From contig OZ241924.1 of assembly GCA_965203925.1 (NCBI GenBank), forward strand, positions 6,741,206-6,805,205: a stretch of 64,000 nt of DNA, read 5' to 3'. The notes beneath the pieces are model-generated. The model was given only the letters and a program-made list of their open reading frames with translations. It was not told the origin of the DNA and made no database searches. How positions within the stretch are numbered: position 1 is the first letter of the stretch; every line of letters starts with the position of its first letter. The position numbers and the translations under genes are program-made. Source of the DNA: Bryobacterales bacterium (GTDB lineage Bacteria > Acidobacteriota > Terriglobia > Bryobacterales > UBA6623). Below, piece by piece: positions 18,646-28,286 of this stretch.

Positions 18646-19563
18646 GTGCGACAGGTCACCAGACGATCCGTTCTGGGAGCGGGCGCAGCGCTCCTCCCGC
18701 TCGCGAGAAAGGAGAGCGCCGCATCGTCCGGCAGGCACGATTTCCGCCTAGCCGTAACGACGGATGAGATCGATGACGATCTGGGAGTCGCGCTCCAGTT
18801 CCTGCGTCGGCACGGGCTCCGTTACTGCGAGATTAGGCGCATCTGGGGGCGCTACAACACGTCCCAGCCCATGGAGCGGATCCGCGAGGCGCGGTCGATG
18901 TTGGACGACGCAGGCATCCGCCTGGCGATTCTAGACACGGGCTTCTTCAAGGTGCCGGTTCCGGAGAGCCCCGACAAGCTGCAAGCCCAGTGGGATCTCT
19001 TGGACCGCGCATTCGAGCGTGCAGATTCCCTTGGCACCGACCTGATCCGCACCTTCGCGTTCACTTATCGGCGAAATGAGACTCCCGACCCGGACGCCTA
19101 TCCGCGGATCTACGACCTCGTGGCGGAATCGGCCGAACGAGCCGGGCGCGCTGGCTTCCGGCTCGCCGTGGAGAACGTTAATCCGAGCTACGTGGAGCGC
19201 TCCAGCCAGTCCGCCAACCTCCTTCAGGCCGTGCAGTCCCCGGCACTTGGCCTGACTTGGGATCCGAACAACGCGGCGCGCGCCGGCGATGCCAGCCCGT
19301 TTCCCGACGGCTACGCAGGATTGGACAAGCGCCGCATCTGGCACGTCCACGTCCGGGACTACCGGCGCAGTACTGAGGGTGAAATCGTTTGGTGCGGCGT
19401 GGGAGACGGTGAATTCGATCACGTAGGGCAACTGCGCGCCTTGGTGCGAGACGGCTACTCAGGGTCGGTTTCCCTCGAGACCCACTACACGATCGACGGC
19501 AGCAAGGCGGCCGCCAGCGAACGGTCGGTCCTAGGGTTGCTTCGGGCGGTCGCCCAAGTCTAG
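18646..19563 (+). CDS. sugar phosphate isomerase/epimerase (xylose isomerase-like TIM barrel) with Tat signal
   Basis: VRQVTRRSVLGAGAALL (Tat signal), then a typical AP-endonuclease-2/XI-like TIM-barrel sequence (RLAVENVNPSYV..., SLETHY). Confidence 0.8.
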   Translation: MRQVTRRSVLGAGAALLPLARKESAASSGRHDFRLAVTTDEIDDDLGVALQFLRRHGLRYCEIRRIWGRYNTSQPMERIREARSMLDDAGIRLAILDTGFFKVPVPESPDKLQAQWDLLDRAFERADSLGTDLIRTFAFTYRRNETPDPDAYPRIYDLVAESAERAGRAGFRLAVENVNPSYVERSSQSANLLQAVQSPALGLTWDPNNAARAGDASPFPDGYAGLDKRRIWHVHVRDYRRSTEGEIVWCGVGDGEFDHVGQLRALVRDGYSGSVSLETHYTIDGSKAAASERSVLGLLRAVAQV

Positions 19564-20109
19564 ACAAGGCGCTTCATCACTCTCTACACTTACTGGGTTC
19601 TTGTAGGCGTGTAGCAGGCCAACTGGAGGGCACAGCCACCCTTCCCCGGGAGTTCCGGCACTGCCCGGGATTCAGCCAGAGACGTCCGACGAAAGCGCGA
19701 CGAATCGCATGGAAACTAAGAGGATCCCTGATCTATAGCCCATGGCTGTGGGTCTGCGACTCCTCAGCGCTAGGGACTTGTAGGCGTCTACGCCCTCTCG
19801 GGCGACGCACCGACCATGGCCTGGTTCGTGCCTTCGGGGCGTGCGGCCAACCGCTGTTGAAATCGCTCTCCGGATCCGGCCGAGATCGCCCCGCGAGCCG
19901 AATCGGGCTCCCGCACCAAGCACTCTGGCCTCGCGGCCAAACGCGATGCAGCCCTCCTGCGATTGGGTTGGATCCGAATTTCCGGGGCAGGGTTTTCCGG
20001 GGTGCCGACTGCTGTCGGATTACTCAGCCTCTCGACCATCCCCCGCAAGCCGGTTCACGCCGGTTGCGCGTTGTATCGGTCTTGCGCGTTGCTCGGCCGA
20101 CCGGACGCA

Positions 20110-20427
20110 ATGACCGACCACCACTTGGCGGCGTCGTCATATTGCCTCGAGGGCCCGAAACTGTCCCCACCGGAGGGCTTCCCAGCAGCGTTCCCCCAGG
20201 GCGAGCACAGCTCCGCAGCGTGGCTGTCGGAGAACTTCCAGGATGCCGACCTCGGCCTAGAGGACCGTGTGTGGGCCCTGGTCGAGGACAAGTCGGTCAA
20301 GCGGGAAGAGCTGAGGGAATGGGTCAATGCCATCGACTGGGAATTGGTGGCGGGGCCGCAGCAGTTAGAGACTTCGGAGCGGCGGCAGGAGGCGCCGGCA
20401 TTGGTGGGCGCTAGAATCCAGCGCTAG
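20110..20427 (+). CDS. small acidic hypothetical protein
   Basis: Only the part from MTDHHLAASSY... onward looks coding (AWLSENFQDADLGLEDRVWALVEDKSVKREELREWVNAIDWELV). No family recognised. Confidence 0.4.
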   Translation: MTDHHLAASSYCLEGPKLSPPEGFPAAFPQGEHSSAAWLSENFQDADLGLEDRVWALVEDKSVKREELREWVNAIDWELVAGPQQLETSERRQEAPALVGARIQR

Positions 20428-20501
20428 CGCATTCCCGGGGCGGGTAAACTGGGAGCCATCGGCTGGCGGCCCAAGGATGGGGCGCTAGGTCGCCCGCGTC
20501 C

Positions 20502-22271
20502 GTGCACCTGACGACACCAGACTGGCTGATTCTGGCCAGCTTTCTGACGTTTTCGCTGTGGATCGGCCTACGCGTCTCGCGACGAGCCAGCAGCGACTTT
20601 GCGGCGTTCTTCCTGGCGGGTCGAAGCCAGCCGTGGTGGCTGCTTGGAGTCTCGATGGTCGCCACCACGTTCTCGACCGACACTCCGAACCTGGTCACCG
20701 ACATCGTGCGGCGGAACGGGGTGTTGGGGAATTGGACGTGGTGGTCACTGCTCCTGTCCGGCATGTTGACCGTCTTCCTGTACGCAAGTCTGTGGCGCCG
20801 ATCGGGAGCCCTGACCGATGTGGAGTTCTACGAGCTGCGCTATTCGGGAAGGATTGCGGCGTTCCTCCGGGTGTTCCGCGGGGTCTACCTAGGCTTGGTC
20901 TTCAACATCCTGATCATGGCCTCGGTAACCCTAGCCGCGATGAAGATCGGCGCCGTCCTGTTCGGCTGGAATCCGGTCCAGACAGTTACCGTGATCGCGA
21001 CGGTGACGCTGGTCTACAGCGCTTTGGGGGGCTTGCAGGGCGTGCTGCTGACCGACCTTGCGCAGTTCTGCATGGCGATGGTGGGCTCGGTGGCCGCAAC
21101 GGTGTACATCCTGCAACTTCCTCAGGTCGGCGGGCTGCACCAACTCCTCGCGCATCCCGCCGTTCAAGAGCGGACTGCCTTCTGGCCCTCCTTCGAAGAA
21201 CTTGGATGGGCTGAGCTTGCCCCCGTGTTCCTGATCCCGCTGCTTGTGCAGTGGTGGGCGGCCTACTACCCCGGTTCGGAGCCCGGAGGGGGCGGCTACA
21301 TCGTGCAGCGCATGCTATCGGCGAGGGACGAAGAGCACGCCCGTGCGGCGACGCTGACATTCAATGTGCTGCACTACGCCGTCCGCCCCTGGCCTTGGAT
21401 CCTAGTGGCTCTTGCGTCGGCAGTGGTGTTTCCTGGGCTACAAGACATCCAGCGCCAGTTCCCGGACATTCCGGAGACCCTCGTGCGCGACGACTTGGCG
21501 TACCCCGCAATGCTGACGTTCCTCCCGCCCGGACTACTCGGACTCGTCGTGACCTCGCTCGCGGCCGCCTACATGTCGACCATTTCCACCTCCCTGAACT
21601 GGGGCTCGTCAATCTTGGTCAACGACGTCTACCGGCGCTTCATGAACCCTCATGCCAGCGACCGACGGGTCGTGTGGGCGGGCAGGCTGTGCACACTTGT
21701 CCTTTTGGTCCTGGCCTGTATCCTCGCGTTTTCGCTCGAGAGCGCGCTGGAGGTGTTCAACGTGATGCTGCAGATCGGGGCCGGAACGGGTTTGCTCTAC
21801 CTTCTGCGATGGTTCTGGTGGCGAATCAACGCCCTAACGGAACTCGTGGCGATGGCAGCGTCCTTCACCGTCGCACTTCTAGTTCCGGTGCTGGGAAGCA
21901 ACCTCGAAAGCTGGCAGCAGCTAGTGGCCGGTGTCGCGGTGACCACGCTCTGCTGGCTCCCCTGCGCGTACTTCGGGCCCCAGACGGACAAGGCCAAGCT
22001 CGAGGCGTTCTACCTGAAGATACGGCCAGGCGGTCCAGGCTGGAATCCGGTTCGGCGCTCGGCAATGCGGGAACTGCAGGTCCCGGCGGCGCCCAGCCTA
22101 GCGAAGCCAGTGGTAGCCGCCTTCCTCGGGTCGGCGGGAATCTACTCGATCTTGTTCATGACGGGCAGTGCCCTGTACGGCAGGCCGGCGGAAGCTGGAG
22201 CCTACGGGATTGCGGGCCTGATCGCGGCGTACACCATCCTGCGGCTCCGCGCTTGGCGCGCTCAAGAGTAG
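20502..22271 (+). CDS. sodium:solute symporter (SSS) family transporter
   Basis: 589 aa, polytopic. N-terminus FFLAGRSQPWWLLGVSMVATTFSTDTP is typical of the SSS family. Confidence 0.85.
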   Translation: MHLTTPDWLILASFLTFSLWIGLRVSRRASSDFAAFFLAGRSQPWWLLGVSMVATTFSTDTPNLVTDIVRRNGVLGNWTWWSLLLSGMLTVFLYASLWRRSGALTDVEFYELRYSGRIAAFLRVFRGVYLGLVFNILIMASVTLAAMKIGAVLFGWNPVQTVTVIATVTLVYSALGGLQGVLLTDLAQFCMAMVGSVAATVYILQLPQVGGLHQLLAHPAVQERTAFWPSFEELGWAELAPVFLIPLLVQWWAAYYPGSEPGGGGYIVQRMLSARDEEHARAATLTFNVLHYAVRPWPWILVALASAVVFPGLQDIQRQFPDIPETLVRDDLAYPAMLTFLPPGLLGLVVTSLAAAYMSTISTSLNWGSSILVNDVYRRFMNPHASDRRVVWAGRLCTLVLLVLACILAFSLESALEVFNVMLQIGAGTGLLYLLRWFWWRINALTELVAMAASFTVALLVPVLGSNLESWQQLVAGVAVTTLCWLPCAYFGPQTDKAKLEAFYLKIRPGGPGWNPVRRSAMRELQVPAAPSLAKPVVAAFLGSAGIYSILFMTGSALYGRPAEAGAYGIAGLIAAYTILRLRAWRAQE

Positions 22272-22370
22272 GGCCCGCGCGACGGCGACGGACCGGCAGA
22301 ACACACCCGTGCGCCGCACAGGCGCCACCGTCGTGACACGGCTGGCCTTGTGACGGCCCGCCCGGCGGTC

Positions 22371-23303
22371 TCAGAAAAATAGATCGTCGATCCGCGACCG
22401 AAGCCACTCCGCGCGCCGTTGCGCGAGGACGTTGAGCAAACGGTCCTCCTCGCGGGCGTCCACGTCCACTGCCATTGCCCGGTCCAGCATCGCTTCGAAC
22501 ATCTCCCGTTCCTGCGACGGAACCGCCCGGGCTTCGGCGTAGGCCACGAACAGACCGGCCCGCTGGCCGCCTGACAGGGCAAGCGCGCGCTCGAAACTCC
22601 GTTCCATCACGCCGGCGTCCCCGCCGCCCGGCTTGGCCGCCTCCAAGCGCAGCCGGAACTCGTGAAGCGCCCCCAGATCCCACGCCTCATCGAGTTCCAT
22701 GGCCCGTTCCAGCATTGCCTCGACCTCAGATAGACGCACGACCAAGGAGGCGTCGGTAGGGCTGGTCGAGATCGCCAGCCCCAGCGCTGCCGCGGACCAA
22801 TAGAGCAGGTCGACGTGCTTGGAGCGGACGCGGGCGACCGCTAGGCGGGGCTCGCCGCGCAACTCTCCGCCGATCCCGGGGTAGGCCTCCTCCAAGGCCC
22901 GCAGCCCGTAGGCCAAGCCCCGAAGGTAGAGCCGTGCCGCCCGTTCCCGGAGCTGCTTCGAGCGGCGGAAGTCCTCGCTCTCCAGCATCTCGCCTGGCAT
23001 GTCCACGTACGCCATTGCGTACAACGAGAAGCCCTTGGCTGCGGTCACCAGCAAGCCCCTATGGCGTGGGGTGATCGCCAGAAGGCTCTCGACCATCTTC
23101 AGGCTGAATGGAAGCGCCTCGCCCACCAGGTCCGGGTCCGGGTCCGTCTCGAACGTAGACGTTCCGGAGGAGAGAGCGTTGCCCACCTGCCTCACGGCGA
23201 ACTTGCGCACAGAGCAGGCGCCAGTCAGCAGGCCGCAGGCCAAGACCAGTGCCGACCCACGCCAAGCCGACGCGCGGCCGCCCACATTCCAGAACCGGAA
23301 CAT
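22371..23303 (-). CDS. TatT-like TPR lipoprotein
   Basis: Lipobox LLTGAC, then FETDPDPDLVGEALPFSLKMVESLL and helical repeats, as in TRAP-T-associated TatT family proteins. Start at MFRFWNV, 4 nt after the upstream gene's stop. Confidence 0.6.
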   Translation of the reverse strand: MFRFWNVGGRASAWRGSALVLACGLLTGACSVRKFAVRQVGNALSSGTSTFETDPDPDLVGEALPFSLKMVESLLAITPRHRGLLVTAAKGFSLYAMAYVDMPGEMLESEDFRRSKQLRERAARLYLRGLAYGLRALEEAYPGIGGELRGEPRLAVARVRSKHVDLLYWSAAALGLAISTSPTDASLVVRLSEVEAMLERAMELDEAWDLGALHEFRLRLEAAKPGGGDAGVMERSFERALALSGGQRAGLFVAYAEARAVPSQEREMFEAMLDRAMAVDVDAREEDRLLNVLAQRRAEWLRSRIDDLFF

Positions 23304-23307
23304 TCGG

Positions 23308-25056
23308 CTACAGGCCCAGCAGGCCGCGCACGAACTTGGGCGGCGGCGAGCCGAAGGAAAGCACCCGGTCGTGGTATTCCTGCCAGTCTGAAACCGGCCC
23401 GTGGCGCTGGATCCAAGCGTCGCGGATGTCGTTGTGCTCGCTGATGCCGACAAAGTACGTCGAGAGCTGGGCGGATGTCAGCTGCGCGCGGATCCACTTT
23501 CCGGCGGCCTCGCCTTCCTCCTGATAGCCCTGCCCCATCATCAGGTCCATCGCTTCCTGCTCCGTCATAGCCCCGGCATGGATCTTCTGGTCGAGGATGG
23601 CGTTGATCACGGCCCTGGTCAGCATCTTCAGCTGCTGCATCTTGAACCGCGGCCCTCCAAAGCCGTGCTCGACCATCACCTGCTCGGAATAGACCGCCCA
23701 CCCCTCGATGAAGGTTCCTGAAGAGAAGACTGAGCGCACCATCGTCGGGGCCTCGAGCCGGTTCGAATGGGCCAGCTGCAGATAGTGCCCCGGAACGGCC
23801 TCGTGGACCGTCAGGTCCTGCAGCATATAGTCGTTGTACTCGCGGTAGAACGAGAGCTTGCGCTGCTCGCTCCAGTCGGCCGGCGTCGGGGAGATTGCGT
23901 AGAACGTCTCGCCGTTGACCTCCAGAGGGCCTGGCGAATCGCAGTAGGCCGTGGAGACGCCCCTGCGGAACTCGGGCATCACGATCACCTGAATTGGCTC
24001 GTCGGGGACGGTCACCAAGCGCTGGTCGCGCGTGAAGCCCGTCACGTCCGCGAGGGCTCGCTTGGCGTCCTCGACGATCGACACGTCCGTGGGATGCTCG
24101 TCGGCAAGGGCTGCCAGCACCGTGCGGATCACCTCCGGGCGATCCGCCGCAAGGAGCTGGTCTGGGGCGCTCCCCAGCCTGTCCAGCAGGTCCTGGGGCG
24201 GTTCTTCCGACAGAAGCGCCACCGCAGTCTCGTACATCTCATCTTGCAGCTCCGCCAGACGCCATTCCGCGCGCTGCAGGATCTCCTCCATCGACAGATC
24301 CGAGTGAAGGGTATAGGCCAGCTTCTTGCGCAGCTTCTGCTCGCCGATGCGAAAATCGCGGCTTGCGCTGGGCAGTAGCTCGTCCCGCAGCCACTCCCCG
24401 TACTCCTCGAGCGCGCGAATGGCCGCCTCCCGCGCCGGAGCCATACCCTCCGCCATCTCAGGGGCTTCGGCCAAGAACTCGTCAAGGCCGGTCTGCAGCA
24501 GGGCCACCGTGCCGGCGTTTTGGCGCAGGGCCGTTTCCGTGTGAACGACGGTAGGATCTGTCAGGTTCGCGCGCGCGGCGGACACTACGGTCGGTACGCC
24601 CTTGAGCCGGTCCCCGAGGCTTGCGAGCCGGTCCTCCAATGGGGCGAACTCGCGCGCCAGCAAAGAGTAGAGGGCGTTCCCGACGCCATACCGCATCGCA
24701 TTCCACTCGTGCTCGCGAAGCTCCTCCGCCGACCAGATGCTGTACTCGAGATGGTTGCGCAGGATCTCGTAGTCCACAGCGTTCGCTTCGCCCAGGAGCG
24801 CAGGATCGATCTCCTGCAGCCGAGCGAGGAACTGGCGGTCCCACTCCAAGCCCGAGCCCACTGCCTCGGCAGAGTAGTCGTTCAGATGGCCGTCGAAGCG
24901 GTGGTCCCCCAACGACGTGGCGGTTTCCGGATAGCGCTCTGCGAGCTCGTCGATGTATTGCGCCGCAAGCGCGGCGAACTCCTCGTCCTGCTGCGGCTCG
25001 GTTGAGCATGCTGCCGCAGCTAGCGCAACGGCCAGAACGGAGGGCCAAGCCTTCAT
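23308..25056 (-). CDS. DUF885 family lipoprotein (zincin-like)
   Basis: Lipobox LAAAAC and the DUF885-type HEAVPGHYLQ motif. Confidence 0.85.
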   Translation of the reverse strand: MKAWPSVLAVALAAAACSTEPQQDEEFAALAAQYIDELAERYPETATSLGDHRFDGHLNDYSAEAVGSGLEWDRQFLARLQEIDPALLGEANAVDYEILRNHLEYSIWSAEELREHEWNAMRYGVGNALYSLLAREFAPLEDRLASLGDRLKGVPTVVSAARANLTDPTVVHTETALRQNAGTVALLQTGLDEFLAEAPEMAEGMAPAREAAIRALEEYGEWLRDELLPSASRDFRIGEQKLRKKLAYTLHSDLSMEEILQRAEWRLAELQDEMYETAVALLSEEPPQDLLDRLGSAPDQLLAADRPEVIRTVLAALADEHPTDVSIVEDAKRALADVTGFTRDQRLVTVPDEPIQVIVMPEFRRGVSTAYCDSPGPLEVNGETFYAISPTPADWSEQRKLSFYREYNDYMLQDLTVHEAVPGHYLQLAHSNRLEAPTMVRSVFSSGTFIEGWAVYSEQVMVEHGFGGPRFKMQQLKMLTRAVINAILDQKIHAGAMTEQEAMDLMMGQGYQEEGEAAGKWIRAQLTSAQLSTYFVGISEHNDIRDAWIQRHGPVSDWQEYHDRVLSFGSPPPKFVRGLLGL

Positions 25057-25083
25057 GCGGACATTGTACGACCGGGCCCGGAC

Positions 25084-25503
25084 CTACAGGTCCAGAGTTT
25101 CTACGTGCGCGCGCACGTCGCCAGGAAGCACCTCGTGCACTTCGTCAGTCCGCAAGTGCTCCGAGTCGTCGAAAGTCTCGAAGAGGTGCATCTTGACAAC
25201 GGCATAGCGCTCCACGTCGTTCAGGTCGCGGCCTTCCTCCCTCTCCCACTCGGCGAAGCTGGCGTCGGGAGCGAAGACCGTGAGCGAGAAGTGCGCCGAA
25301 CGATCGGACGTGCAGCGGAACACGAAGTCCCGCCCCGACAGGCCCGACCTCGAGGCTGCCCGGTAGCCCTCGTAGGTGTACTGGTACACATATCCGCTCT
25401 CGGCGGCGTAGGCCTTCTCCCGACGGATGGGTGGGCGACCGCGAAGTGCAGGGGCCTCAGCCTCCCGCCGGTGGCGGAAGGGCCAGCGCAGTCGGAAGGC
25501 CAC
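25084..25503 (-). CDS. hypothetical protein
   Basis: 139-aa ORF with coding-like composition (YVYQYTYEGYRA..., FAEWEREEGRDLNDVERYAVVKMHLFETF). No motif recognised. Confidence 0.5.
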   Translation of the reverse strand: MAFRLRWPFRHRREAEAPALRGRPPIRREKAYAAESGYVYQYTYEGYRAASRSGLSGRDFVFRCTSDRSAHFSLTVFAPDASFAEWEREEGRDLNDVERYAVVKMHLFETFDDSEHLRTDEVHEVLPGDVRAHVETLDL

Positions 25504-25511
25504 TGGGCACC

Positions 25512-26114
25512 CTAGCGGAAACGCTCTTCCTTGAACGGATCCCCATACATGTGGTAGCCCCGCCGCTCCCAGAAACCGGCGCGGTCATGGGCGGTGAACT
25601 CCAAGCCGCGGATCCACTTCGCGCTCTTCCAAGCGTAGAGGTGCGGCACGATCATGCGCAGGGGCGCCCCGTGCTCGGGCGTCAGCGGCTCGGGTTCGTG
25701 CGTGTCGGCCAGCAGCACGTTGTCGCCAAGCAGGTCCTCCAGTGGAGTGTTCGTCGTGTACCCCCCGTCGCAGTGCTGGATCACATACCGGGCACGCTCC
25801 TTAGGCCGCGCCCTCTCGACAATGGTCCGCATTGAGACACCTTCCCAAACGTTGTCGAACTTGCTCCAAGTGGTCACACAGTGAAAGTCCGCCTGCACGC
25901 GCGTGCGCGGCAGGTCCTGAAACTCCTGCCAGGTCAACTCGAACGGGCGTTCGACCAGTCCCCCGACGACGAATGACCAAGTGGAGGGGTCGAACTTCGG
26001 GACGGCGCCCGCGTGGAGAACCGGCCATTTGAGGGTCAGTGACTGGCCGGGAGGCAGCCGTCCCTCCTGGCGGCGCTTCCGCTCCAGCCTCTTGCGCTCC
26101 ATGCTCCTGAACAT
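25512..26114 (-). CDS. molybdopterin-dependent (sulfite oxidase-like) oxidoreductase
   Basis: FHCVTTWSKFDNVWEGV...PEHGAPLRMIVPHLYAWKSAKWIRGLEF, the Oxidored_molyb signature. The start was trimmed to MFRSMERK to avoid overlapping the divergent hisJ-like gene. Confidence 0.8.
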   Translation of the reverse strand: MFRSMERKRLERKRRQEGRLPPGQSLTLKWPVLHAGAVPKFDPSTWSFVVGGLVERPFELTWQEFQDLPRTRVQADFHCVTTWSKFDNVWEGVSMRTIVERARPKERARYVIQHCDGGYTTNTPLEDLLGDNVLLADTHEPEPLTPEHGAPLRMIVPHLYAWKSAKWIRGLEFTAHDRAGFWERRGYHMYGDPFKEERFR

Positions 26115-26166
26115 CGCCGAAACCCAGCGTACACCAAGCGGCACGACCGCGCGGTAGGGTGGAGCC

Positions 26167-27057
26167 GTGAGCGGCCCGCCCTGGATGGTCTCGCTGCACG
26201 GCGGACACAGCGGAGAGTTCTGCGAGCACGCCCAAGGAACCCTGCGCTCCACGCTTGAGGAGGCAGTCCGGCGCGGATTCCGGGTCTACGGCATCAGCGA
26301 GCATGCGCCTCGAAGCGATGACCGCTTCCTGTACGCGTCCGAGAGAGCAAAGGGCTACACGGTGGCGCGCCTCGGCAGGGAGTTCGAGGAGTACGCGCGC
26401 GCATCGCGGGTCCTCCAGCGGGAGTTCCGGGGAAGGCTGGAAGTGCTGCGTGGATTCGAGACCGAGGCCGTTCCGCAATCGGGATACGCGGCGGAGATGC
26501 GCGCACTGGCGTGCGAGCACGGATTCGACTACGTTGTGGGCTCGGTCCACCACGTCAATGACATTTCCATCGACGAGAGCCCTGCGCACTTTCGGGCAGC
26601 CGCCGACGCCTGCGGCGGAATCGACGCCCTGTTGGAGCGCTACTATGCCAGTGTCGTGGGGGTGATCGAGGAGATCCGACCGCAGGTCGTGGCGCATCTG
26701 GACCTACCCAAGCTGTACGCGCCCGAGGGGTCGGAGCCGCCGGGGCCAGCCGCCCAGAGGGCGGCGAAGTCGGCGATCGAGGCGGCGAGGGCCCACAACT
26801 GCATCCTCGACCTCAACACGGCCGCGCTCCGCAAAGGCCTGCGCGAGCCCTACCCTTCCGCCTGGCTCGTTCGACTCGCCAAGGATGCCGGTGTGCCATT
26901 TTGCTTTGGCGACGACAGCCACTCGCCAGGCCAGGTGGGGTACGGCATCCCAAGGGCGCGGCTGTACCTGCTCCGGTTGGGCGTAGAGACGGTCACGGTC
27001 CTGCGGCAATCGTCGGAAGGGATCCGGCGGCAAGAAGTCGACCTGACGCAACCCTGA
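26167..27057 (+). CDS. hisJ: histidinol-phosphatase, HisJ family (PHP domain)
   Basis: SLHGGHSGEFCEHA... GISEHAPR... GSVHHV... FGDDSH, the PHP metal-binding His/Asp ladder. Confidence 0.8.
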   Translation: MSGPPWMVSLHGGHSGEFCEHAQGTLRSTLEEAVRRGFRVYGISEHAPRSDDRFLYASERAKGYTVARLGREFEEYARASRVLQREFRGRLEVLRGFETEAVPQSGYAAEMRALACEHGFDYVVGSVHHVNDISIDESPAHFRAAADACGGIDALLERYYASVVGVIEEIRPQVVAHLDLPKLYAPEGSEPPGPAAQRAAKSAIEAARAHNCILDLNTAALRKGLREPYPSAWLVRLAKDAGVPFCFGDDSHSPGQVGYGIPRARLYLLRLGVETVTVLRQSSEGIRRQEVDLTQP

Positions 27058-27060
27058 CCC

Positions 27061-28179
27061 ATGCCCCTTCTCAGCCAGTCCTTCCGAGTCAGCACCCACG
27101 CGACGCCGGACCAAGAGGCGAACGGCCAATCGGGCGCTCGGTCCATTCTTTGCGCGGTATGCTGCCTGGCCGCCAGTTGGCTTGCGGCCTGTGGGATGGA
27201 CGAACATCGCGGTGGTGCCGAGCCGTACTTCGCCCGGCACAATGCCGCAATCTACTCCGACCGAGAGCCTGAGACAGCCCCCCAGCTGTTGCACTTCGAC
27301 CTCAAGATGACGATCCTGCAGGAGCACCGCAGCTTTGTGAACGTCTTGACCGAGGACGGCCTAGAGGGCTGGGTCTCGCGCGACCACCTCATCGACAGCA
27401 CGACTCGCGACCGGATCCTCAAGCTTAGGGGCGAGTGCGAACACTTGCCGGGCCAAGGCAAGGGCATGGCATGGGACACGCTCAACGTCCACAGTGAGCC
27501 CTACCGCTGGGCTCCGACTCTTTACCAGCTCGCCAAAGACGAGCCGTTCGAAGTCCTCGATCGGGCGCTCGTGCGCCGCCTTCCCATCTGGGTCGATGCC
27601 AACCCGGAATCGGCCGCGACTGCCGCGCTCCCCTACTCCGACTACTGGTTCCTTGTCTGGCTGTCCGAGATTGAGCGGTGTGGGTGGCTGCTTGAGAACA
27701 TGGTCTATGCCGGTGTCCCTACCGAGGTGGCCATGGCCGCCGGAGGCCAGCCAATCGTGGCCCATTTCCGGCTTGGCCCCGAGCAGGCCGTTGCCGACGG
27801 CAGCCCGGCGAGAGCCTGGCTCCTCGCGCAGTCGAGCCAAGACGGGCAGGTGTTCGATTTCGACGTGCTGCGGGTCTTACGCTGGAACAGCAGCCAAGGA
27901 CGCTTCGCTGTCGTCCGCCTTGTGTCCGGGCTGAGGGGCTACCTCCCGATCGAGACGCTGGATCGCGTCGTCGCCCGGGGACGGGTTGGGATAGGCTTCA
28001 GGATCCTCGTCGAACGCGACGGCAAGCTTCGAGAGAAGACGTACCTCTACCACGAAGGGCTGGTGTTGCCCGCCCACGACCTCCCGTCGCAGAGGCCCAT
28101 CCCTGGCAAGATCGGCGAGTCCTACAGGTTCCGTCCCTTCCTCACGGCTGCGCCGGCGGCCGACATCGGGCCCCCATAG
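27061..28179 (+). CDS. hypothetical lipoprotein (SH3-like repeats possible)
   Basis: LAASWLAAC lipobox-like segment and coding-like composition. The start is uncertain. Confidence 0.55.
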   Translation: MPLLSQSFRVSTHATPDQEANGQSGARSILCAVCCLAASWLAACGMDEHRGGAEPYFARHNAAIYSDREPETAPQLLHFDLKMTILQEHRSFVNVLTEDGLEGWVSRDHLIDSTTRDRILKLRGECEHLPGQGKGMAWDTLNVHSEPYRWAPTLYQLAKDEPFEVLDRALVRRLPIWVDANPESAATAALPYSDYWFLVWLSEIERCGWLLENMVYAGVPTEVAMAAGGQPIVAHFRLGPEQAVADGSPARAWLLAQSSQDGQVFDFDVLRVLRWNSSQGRFAVVRLVSGLRGYLPIETLDRVVARGRVGIGFRILVERDGKLREKTYLYHEGLVLPAHDLPSQRPIPGKIGESYRFRPFLTAAPAADIGPP

Positions 28180-28286
28180 TACAATTCAAGCGGAGTCGGC
28201 CCAATTGTGGCGGAGGCCGTCTGGATCCCTTCCCTGACCCTGCCGCAGAAGCGCGGACAGGGCACAGCTGAACGCCACACCGAAAC

